Origin: an uncultured Candidatus Saccharibacteria bacterium
Lineage (GTDB): Bacteria > Patescibacteriota > Saccharimonadia > Saccharimonadales > JAGQNJ01
Reading direction: 5' to 3'
NCBI GenBank assembly: GCA_965231045.1
Contig: OZ246406.1
Span: 642,208-706,207, forward strand
Length of the DNA: 64,000 bases
The notes beneath the pieces are model-generated. The model did not search any database, was not told the origin of the DNA, and saw only the letters and a program-made list of their open reading frames with translations. Shown in pieces: positions 54,188 to 59,709 of this stretch; position 1 is the first letter of the stretch, and every line of letters starts with the position of its first letter. The position numbers were made by a program, and so were the translations under genes.

Positions 54188-54619
54188 ATGAAACAAATTA
54201 TTAAGAAAGCATTGCTAACAGTTGCAGCACTAAGTGCGATACTGATGCCTGTAGCTATTACAGGAGTTGCAAGCGCACAGTCAACAATTACGGATCCAAA
54301 TATCCAACAAGGGCTATGTGCTGGAGCAAGTTTATCAGCATCACAATCTCAGTCATGTAACATTCAACAGACAACCGCACAAGCACAAACAAGTGTTGAT
54401 ACTATCATTACGACAGTAATTAACATCTTCTCACTTGTTGTAGGTGTTGTATCTGTGATTATGATCATCATCGGTGGTCTTAAGTACATCACTTCAGGTG
54501 GTGACTCAGGTAACGTTAGTGGCGCCAAAAACACAATTCTTTACGCCATCATTGGTTTGGTTGTAGTTGCGCTATCACAGGTGATCGTCAAGTTCGTACT
54601 TGGTCGAGCTAGCCAGTAA
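54188..54619 (+). CDS. short VirB2/TrbC-like pilin
   Basis: 143 aa with a signal peptide (..GVASA-QS). The core is GVVSVIMIIIGGLKYITSGGDSGNVSGAKNTILYAIIGLVVVAL. RBS AAGGAAAGGAAA. Confidence 0.75.
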   Translation: MKQIIKKALLTVAALSAILMPVAITGVASAQSTITDPNIQQGLCAGASLSASQSQSCNIQQTTAQAQTSVDTIITTVINIFSLVVGVVSVIMIIIGGLKYITSGGDSGNVSGAKNTILYAIIGLVVVALSQVIVKFVLGRASQ

Positions 54620-54636
54620 TAAATACTTAGCTATTC

Positions 54637-54664
54637 AAAAAGCCCCGGTTTCCCGGGGCTTTTT
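54637..54664. terminator. bidirectional rho-independent terminator between pilin operon and hsp20
   Basis: AAAAA-GCCCCGG-TTTC-CCGGGGC-TTTTT: a perfect 7-bp GC stem flanked by an A-run and a T-run, between convergent genes. Confidence 0.85.
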
Positions 54665-54682
54665 AATGTTCCAATGTTTGTT

Positions 54683-55156
54683 TTACAAAACTTGGATTTT
54701 CTTCACGGTATCCTGCTTAACCTTAGTGAAACTAATGGTTAGCACGCCATCTTTCAATACAGCTTCTACTTCGTCTTCCTTAACTGGAAGTGGCAAGGCA
54801 ATACTGCGTGAAAACTCACCCCAGTAACACTCTTGAACAAAGTAGTTAACTACATCGTCTTCATTCCCAGCTGATAGAGTTCCTCTAACGCTGAGTGTAT
54901 TATCAGATATACTAACGTCAAGATCATGCTTGTTAACGCCTGCTGTGCGGGCCTTAACAACCAACTTTTCTTTCGTTTCGTATACATCTACCGCAAGCTG
55001 TCCTGGAACAGCCTCGTCTTCGTCCCACTCTTCATTGTCTGCTGATGATGGGGCGACAGAAGTATTGTCGTCTCCTGGAAGATCTTCGTCTCCCAAAAAG
55101 GCGGCAGTCAATTCGTCCTCGATCAACAGATCTTCGTCGCGGTTTTTACGCGCCAT
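54683..55156 (-). CDS. Hsp20/alpha-crystallin family small heat-shock protein
   Basis: 157 aa with the alpha-crystallin domain AVDVYETKEKLVVKARTAGVNKHDLDVSI...FSRSIALPLPV...AVLKDGVLTISFTKV. RBS GGAGGG. Confidence 0.9.
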   Translation of the reverse strand: MARKNRDEDLLIEDELTAAFLGDEDLPGDDNTSVAPSSADNEEWDEDEAVPGQLAVDVYETKEKLVVKARTAGVNKHDLDVSISDNTLSVRGTLSAGNEDDVVNYFVQECYWGEFSRSIALPLPVKEDEVEAVLKDGVLTISFTKVKQDTVKKIQVL

Positions 55157-55204
55157 AGTTGTTACCCTCCACTATGTTTGTGATGAAAATCAATCTTTTT
55201 ATGT

Positions 55205-55241
55205 TACTTGCAAGTATAGCTATATTCCAGTTACGGTGCAA
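55205..55241 (-). promoter_or_regulatory. candidate hsp20 promoter with overlapping palindromic operator
   Basis: The minus strand reads TTGCAC-17 nt-TATACT (-35 at 55241-55236, -10 at 55218-55213). The perfect palindromes TACTTGCAAGTA (55205-55216) and TATAGCTATA (55215-55224) overlap the -10 and predicted start site. Confidence 0.4.
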
Positions 55242-55351
55242 TAAGTTGAACACAAGATTTACAACACAATAATCACAACACTAATGACTTCTCCCCTGTT
55301 ATTTTAGGTTTAGCATTTTTCACATCACTTGGGTTTTGTTAGGGTTAGTCT

Positions 55352-56026
55352 ATGTTTATACTGGAAAGAGTTATTAGTTTGGTTGCTCCTCATACCTGCA
55401 TACTGTGTGGTACTGAAGGCTCACTTCTCTGTGATTGGTGTTTGCCAGATGCATGGTCGGCTGTACCGACTCGATGCTACAGATGTTTTGTACACAATAG
55501 TGATTCAAGTGTTTGTCAAAAATGCCAGAGAACCACAATTCTTAAACATGTTTTTGTCGCCAGTGAATATGATGATGCTGCTAAAGAGCTTGTACATGCC
55601 CTGAAATTTGGTGTAAAACGACAAGCGGCTGAAATAATGGCTGAGTTTATGGCGGAGCAGATGCCATTTATGGACGAAACAACATTGGTAGTGCCAGTGC
55701 CAACGGCTAGTTCACGTGCTCGCCAGCGAGGTTTTGATCAGGCCGAACTTATTGCTAAAGCCTTGGCACAGGGCAAGAAGCTTACATATATAAAATGCTT
55801 GAATCGATTGGGGCAAACTAGGCAAGTTGGATCCCAAAAGAAACAGCGTGAGGAGCAGCTAATAGATTCATTCTGGGTTTCAAAAACAGATAGAATTCAG
55901 GGCAAAAAGATACTTCTGGTAGATGATGTACTTACTACTGGGGCCTCACTTGATGCTGCAGCACGAGCTCTCAAGAAGTCTGGTGCCAAAACAATAGATG
56001 CAGCTGTCTTTGCTCAAGCGAAGTAG
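55352..56026 (+). CDS. comF: ComF-family competence protein (phosphoribosyltransferase domain, ComFC type)
   Basis: 224 aa with an N-terminal 4-Cys zinc-finger pattern (CILCG..CDWC..CYRC..CQKC) and the PRT motif ILLVDDVLTTGASL. Confidence 0.85.
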   Translation: MFILERVISLVAPHTCILCGTEGSLLCDWCLPDAWSAVPTRCYRCFVHNSDSSVCQKCQRTTILKHVFVASEYDDAAKELVHALKFGVKRQAAEIMAEFMAEQMPFMDETTLVVPVPTASSRARQRGFDQAELIAKALAQGKKLTYIKCLNRLGQTRQVGSQKKQREEQLIDSFWVSKTDRIQGKKILLVDDVLTTGASLDAAARALKKSGAKTIDAAVFAQAK

Positions 56027-56047
56027 CTTTATTTTCACCAGATGAGC

Positions 56048-56056
56048 TGTTATAAT
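56048..56056 (+). promoter_or_regulatory. extended -10 promoter element (TGtTATAAT) upstream of the tRNA-Ser pair
   Basis: TGTTATAAT lies at 56048-56056, 36 nt upstream of the first tRNA. No convincing -35 was found. Confidence 0.35.
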
Positions 56057-56091
56057 TTACCCCTGTTCTAGTAAATAAGACTGGCAATCGC

Positions 56092-56181
56092 GGAAGGGTG
56101 TCCGAGTGGTTGAAGGAACTGGTCTTGAAAACCAGCAGGCCCGCAAGGGTCTCGTGGGTTCGAATCCCACCCCTTCCGCCA
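56092..56181 (+). tRNA. tRNA-Ser (anticodon UGA), CCA encoded
   Basis: A manual cloverleaf gives acceptor GGAAGGG/CCCTTCC and anticodon loop CTTGAAA. It has a long variable arm, T-arm GTGGG-TTCGAAT-CCCAC, discriminator G and a 3' CCA. Confidence 0.9.
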
Positions 56182-56205
56182 GTTTTGTTATACTAGGCCA
56201 GATAC

Positions 56206-56298
56206 GGAGAGGTACCCAAGTGGCTGAAGGGGACGGTTTGCTAAATCGTTAGGGGGGCGCAAGCTCCCGCGAGGGTTCGAATCCCTCCCTCTCCGCCA
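56206..56298 (+). tRNA. tRNA-Ser (anticodon GCU), CCA encoded
   Basis: Acceptor GGAGAGG/CCTCTCC, anticodon stem-loop ACGGT-TTGCTAA-ATCGT, long variable arm, T-arm GAGGG-TTCGAAT-CCCTC and a 3' CCA. Confidence 0.9.
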
Positions 56299-56300
56299 GC

Positions 56301-56342
56301 AGAGAGGCGGTCATGTCATAAGACATGGCCGTTTCTCTTTTT
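56301..56342 (+). terminator. rho-independent terminator after tRNA-Ser(GCU)
   Basis: A 17-bp stem AGAGAGGCGGTCATGTC / GACATGGCCGTTTCTCT with loop ATAA, followed by TTTT. Three positions pair only as G-U, so the hairpin is strand-specific to the plus transcript. Confidence 0.7.
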
Positions 56343-56421
56343 GTGAGAGAAAGATTTGAACCCAGGGTTCGGTCGTTAGTCTGTTGCCCGAAGAATTCGG
56401 CGCACAGATTAACGTGCGATT

Positions 56422-56440
56422 ATCCCTCCCTCTCCGCCAG
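56422..56440 (+). repeat. 19-nt direct repeat of the tRNA-Ser(GCU) 3' end (ATCCCTCCCTCTCCGCCAG)
   Basis: It is identical to 56281-56299. A further 11-nt copy, CCTCTCCGCCA, lies at 56464-56474. Confidence 0.85.
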
Positions 56441-56476
56441 GAAAATGCCACAGGCATTTCTCACCTCTCCGCCATA

Positions 56477-56499
56477 AACCACCGCCGGGTGGTTTTTTT
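56477..56499 (+). terminator. rho-independent terminator-like hairpin
   Basis: AACCACC-GCCG-GGTGGTT followed by TTTTT. Confidence 0.6.
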
Positions 56500-56519
56500 C
56501 ATTTCTTTAAAAGTGTACA

Positions 56520-57086
56520 ATGATGCTTATGCATCCAGAGGGTACTGACAAAAACGCGACAGGCTGGCAATTTCGTTCTGAAGATGGAGACGTGCCAAAT
56601 ACTAAGTCACCAGTGGCGACTAGCCATGACGAGCCAATAACTTGGTCGGCCTCAGAGTATATTACACACAGCAAAACGCTAGCTTGGTATTTGCAATTAT
56701 CAGGTGTGGCGATTGTTGCCGCTGGTTTGTTCTATTGGATTACCCGTGACTTTGTTGTTGTAGGGACGATATTTGTTGTCGCCATTTTGTTTGGGGTGGT
56801 TGCGGGGCGAAAGCCACGAGTTCGCAACTACGGAATTGATACTCAAGGCATAACAATTGGCGAAAAAAAGTATCCATACGGCATGTTTAAGTCCTTTTCA
56901 GTTATTCAGGAAGGTCCAATCCGCTCGATTTTCTTAATGCCAGTAAAAAGATTCAATCCACCAATGAGCCTATATTATCCACCAGAAGGCGAAAACGAAA
57001 TTGTAGAAGTCATAGGCTCGCACTTAGCACAAGAAGCCCGAGAACAAGACGCCATCGATCGATTCATGCATAAGATACGCTTTTAA
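56520..57086 (+). CDS. membrane protein with TM hairpin and C-terminal PH-like domain (possible bPH family)
   Basis: 188 aa with two adjacent TM helices (LAWYLQLSGVAIVAAGLFYWI / FVVVGTIFVVAILFGVVAG) followed by a ~90-aa soluble domain. The family call is tentative. Confidence 0.55.
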   Translation: MMLMHPEGTDKNATGWQFRSEDGDVPNTKSPVATSHDEPITWSASEYITHSKTLAWYLQLSGVAIVAAGLFYWITRDFVVVGTIFVVAILFGVVAGRKPRVRNYGIDTQGITIGEKKYPYGMFKSFSVIQEGPIRSIFLMPVKRFNPPMSLYYPPEGENEIVEVIGSHLAQEAREQDAIDRFMHKIRF

Positions 57087-57435
57087 ATAGCAAAACTACA
57101 TACGTCGTACAATCTTACTTTCGTTTAAATTTGAGTTAAGCACAAATTAAAGACAACTAAGTTTATTTAGTCTTACTGGTTTAAATCTCAGTCCAGTAAA
57201 TACTGGCGCCAAGTTTCAAGAGTTGGTTGTGGTTGTGGCCGACGAAGATTTCGCCAAATGAACTTAAACACCTTAGTTGCCTCCTTTCTACATATAGCTT
57301 AGCTGTTTCACAAACCGAGCAATAGTAACTTTGCCACTCAAGAAATATGATATTAATCACGCAATTTTTACAATGACTTTACTTCTTAATCATGATAGTA
57401 AAATGATATAATTATCCAATAACATAAGAGGTAAT

Positions 57436-57987
57436 ATGCAACCCGAATATCAAACAGTACAACCAGTTAAGCCAAAGTCTAATAAGGGCCTGATTATCTT
57501 TCTAATTGTATTTATTGTTCTGTTGATTGGCGGTGCAGCCACATTGGGATATTTCTACAAAAAGGAATATGATGCTCATAAAGTAACCAAACAACACCTC
57601 GCTGAACAAACTGCGATTGTAAATGATAATGCCCAAGTTATTCGCGATGCAAAATTAGAGCCAAACTTTCGTAAAGTTCTACAAGATCATGCTAATCTAG
57701 AGTGCTCCAGCAAGTCTGCAGTTTTGTTCAACACGACTACATCTGAAGACAAAAATGCTGATGGTACAGTCAAAAAGTACTTAGCAGTTGGTCAGTTCAT
57801 CTGTAACAACGGGAATATGGCAGTAGCAAGTCCAATTCGCTTTGCTTCGGCAACATCCAAGGATGGTGTAACTTGGGAGTTCACGTACGGATCATCAAGT
57901 GTTGAGCCAACATCATTGCCAACCTACATATTCAATACGGATCCAGCTCTATATAATCGTAAATACAACAACCCAAAAAGCTTCTAG
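57436..57987 (+). CDS. N-terminally anchored secreted protein, unknown function
   Basis: 183 aa with a TM helix GLIIFLIVFIVLLIGGAATLGYF and a soluble domain with a Cys pair. RBS AGAGG. Confidence 0.6.
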   Translation: MQPEYQTVQPVKPKSNKGLIIFLIVFIVLLIGGAATLGYFYKKEYDAHKVTKQHLAEQTAIVNDNAQVIRDAKLEPNFRKVLQDHANLECSSKSAVLFNTTTSEDKNADGTVKKYLAVGQFICNNGNMAVASPIRFASATSKDGVTWEFTYGSSSVEPTSLPTYIFNTDPALYNRKYNNPKSF

Positions 57988-58054
57988 ATAACGAAAAAAG
58001 CACCAACTAGTGGGACTTATTTCGTGGTACACCGTAGTGGATGAAGTTAGAACT

Positions 58055-58216
58055 TTACTGGCTGAATAGTTTTGTTAATAACCATAATATTAAAGCAAGT
58101 ACCGCACCTATTCCTGCAAAGAATGTAATAAAGAAAAAACCTACAAATATAAAGGGGATTGAAATTATTGTAATAATAGCTAGTGTTACAAATAAAGTTC
58201 TAAAAGCTGAAACCAT
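58055..58216 (-). CDS. candidate small hydrophobic protein (53 aa, two TM helices)
   Basis: Not in the ORF track. The minus strand reads MVSAFRTLFVTLAIITIISIPFIFVGFFFITFFAGIGAVLALILWLLTKLFSQ. There is no clear SD, so this is tentative. Confidence 0.3.
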   Translation of the reverse strand: MVSAFRTLFVTLAIITIISIPFIFVGFFFITFFAGIGAVLALILWLLTKLFSQ

Positions 58217-58431
58217 AACCAAAGTATAACAACTTAAATGATTGGTACACCACAGGATAATTGCACGATAATCTGTACATTGAAGGAATGACAGGATGCG
58301 CTTCGCCTTCGGCTTGCTTGCACGGAACTCGCTTTATCGAAACTAAGAGGTAGCTTCTCAAAGCTCGCTCCTGTACGAACCTCCGCAAACTAAGTTTGCT
58401 TTAACGGTTCTTCAAACCTGTAGGGCGACAC

Positions 58432-58462
58432 GCTAAAACCCCACCAATGGTGGGGTTTTAGC
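58432..58462. terminator. bidirectional terminator hairpin immediately 3' of tRNA-Arg
   Basis: GCTAAAACCCCACC-AAT-GGTGGGGTTTTAGC is a perfect 14-bp stem whose GC core is flanked by A and T runs on both strands. Confidence 0.7.
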
Positions 58463-58463
58463 G

Positions 58464-58540
58464 TGGTACACCCGACAGGATTCGAACCTACGACCTTTGG
58501 CTCCGCAAGCCAACGCTCTATCCAGCTGAGCTACGGGTGC
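58464..58540 (-). tRNA. tRNA-Arg (anticodon GCG), CCA encoded
   Basis: Reverse strand: GCACCCG TA GCTC AGCTGGATA GAGC G TTGGC TTGCGGA GCCAA AGGTC GTAGG TTCGAAT CCTGT CGGGTGT A CCA (77 nt). The D-arm is identical in pattern to bacterial tRNA-Arg. The T-stem has two G-U pairs. Confidence 0.85.
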
Positions 58541-58767
58541 TCGTCAGAGCCGACGGTCGCCTTCCGGCAAGTTTTAAATCACTTGCCTGCACGCTCTAGT
58601 CGCCTCTTCCTCTCAGCAGTCCAAACAGTCGAGTCGGCAAAGCCGCTCCTTGGTTTGGCCTGCTGGTATCGCTTTGCTCTAAAAACCCAAAGCAACAGGG
58701 GTAATCCTATCATAGATCCCTCCTTAACGCTAGAGGTAGCGTTATTTTCTATAAGTGGTACAATCTA

Positions 58768-59595
58768 ATGACCATGAAGTGGAATCGACCTCAGCTTCCA
58801 GCTAACTCTCTTGCGGCTACCATCTTGATAATATCGCTTATCTTAGCCGGAGGCGGATTACTTGGATGGAATACCTCAAGGTTAGTACATGCCGAGAGAT
58901 CTGAACTTAGTGAAAATGCTAAGAATATAGTTTTTGTACCCACAAAACCAACGCCACAATCACTGAGGTTGCACGACAAAATCAAAATTTACAGAGAAAC
59001 TCCCCAAAAAATGACACTTTCACCTAGCCCGAATAACGAGGCTCAAGTTATAAGTCGTGTACCAACTGATAAGCCGGTAATCTTCATAACTATTGATGAT
59101 GGTACATATAAAATTGAACAGACTAAGAAGTTTATTGAAGACAGAGAATTACCAGTCACATCATTTTTGACAATTTTCGATATCGAAAATGACTTCAACT
59201 TCTTTAAACCCTCTAAATATATTGAAAATCACACTTACAACCATCCGCATATGATGAAGCTGCCTTTTGAGTCCCAAAGAGTAGAAATTTGCAAAACCTC
59301 AGAGTTGTTGGAGCAAGTATACGGCAAACGTCCGACACTTATGCGCCCACCTTTTGGTGAATACAATGTGGATACACTTAGGGCTGCACATGCCTGTGGA
59401 ATAAAGGCGGTTGTTATGTGGAGTGCAGTTGCACAACAAGGAGCAATGCACTATCAAAAAGAACCGCATCTAAAGTCCGGTGATATAGTGCTCCTGCACT
59501 ACATGCCTGAATTACAAAGTGATCTAGAAATGCTACTTAAGACCGCTCATGATCAGGGCATGGAAGTAGCTCAGCTAGAGGACTGGATTCAGTAA
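58768..59595 (+). CDS. polysaccharide deacetylase (NodB homology domain, CE4), membrane anchored
   Basis: 275 aa with an N-terminal TM helix and the NodB motifs FITIDDG, HTYNHPHM and MRPPFGEY. Confidence 0.85.
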   Translation: MTMKWNRPQLPANSLAATILIISLILAGGGLLGWNTSRLVHAERSELSENAKNIVFVPTKPTPQSLRLHDKIKIYRETPQKMTLSPSPNNEAQVISRVPTDKPVIFITIDDGTYKIEQTKKFIEDRELPVTSFLTIFDIENDFNFFKPSKYIENHTYNHPHMMKLPFESQRVEICKTSELLEQVYGKRPTLMRPPFGEYNVDTLRAAHACGIKAVVMWSAVAQQGAMHYQKEPHLKSGDIVLLHYMPELQSDLEMLLKTAHDQGMEVAQLEDWIQ

Positions 59596-59617
59596 CTGTT
59601 ACAATTAAATCCTACAT

Positions 59618-59709
59618 GGAGAGGTGGCCGAGTGGTTGAAGGCGCTGCTCTCGAAAAGCAGTATGCGGGGCAACTCGTATCGAGGGTTCGAATCCCTCCC
59701 TCTCCGCCA
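59618..59709 (+). tRNA. tRNA-Ser (anticodon CGA), CCA encoded
   Basis: Acceptor GGAGAGG/CCTCTCC, anticodon stem-loop CTGCT-CTCGAAA-AGCAG and a long variable arm. The T-arm and 3' end are identical to tRNA-Ser(GCU). It abuts the stop codon of the convergent gene at 59710. Confidence 0.9.

Noticed and set aside
50540-54619. Interpretation of the pilin array as type IV pilus (T4P/Com) pilins.
   Set aside because: No class III signal (G/FTLIE with an N-terminal hydrophobic helix right after a short leader) is present. No PilB/PilC/PilD/PilM-Q genes are nearby. The proteins instead have Sec-type signal peptides and a C-terminal helical hairpin, like VirB2/TrbC.
55329-55604. 91-aa ORF overlapping the start of comF in another frame.
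   Set aside because: The comF frame carries the zinc-finger and PRT motifs along its full length. The alternative frame is a shadow ORF.
57188-57271. 27-aa minus-strand ORF (GTG start; reads MFKFIWRNLRRPQPQPTLETWRQYLLD with the start taken as Met) preceded by AAAGGAGG at ideal spacing, in the 350-bp gap 57087-57435.
   Set aside because: An 8-nt SD-like match can occur by chance in 128 kb of two-strand sequence. The peptide has no recognisable features and there is no supporting conservation evidence. It is kept only as a note.
58230-58767. tmRNA, SRP (4.5S) RNA, RNase P RNA or 6S RNA in the ORF-poor region around tRNA-Arg.
   Set aside because: I looked for several signatures: GAGGAAAGUCC (RNase P CR-I), the SRP helix-8 AGGUCC-GGAA-GGAAGCAGC pattern, and a tRNA-like CCACCA end with an ...ALAA tag frame. 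Only loose resemblances were found (GCC-GGAA-GGC, GAGGAAGAGG, and a frame ending KFAL). That is insufficient to call any of them without covariance-model scoring.
58463-58768. 101-aa plus-strand ORF. Also ORFs at 59589-59807 (minus) and 59624-59929 (plus).
   Set aside because: They read through tRNA-Arg (antisense) or tRNA-Ser(CGA), and the translated tRNA sequence is obvious (for example ...GFEPTTFGSASQRSIQLSYG). They are not genes.
56299-59617. The 3.3-kb segment bounded by tRNA-Ser(GCU) and tRNA-Ser(CGA), which share an identical 28-nt 3' end, considered as an intact genomic island or prophage.
   Set aside because: No integrase, recombinase, phage or transfer genes lie in the segment. Identical T-arm and acceptor sequences are expected for serine isoacceptors. 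Only the small internal 19-nt and 11-nt repeats are reported as possible scars.
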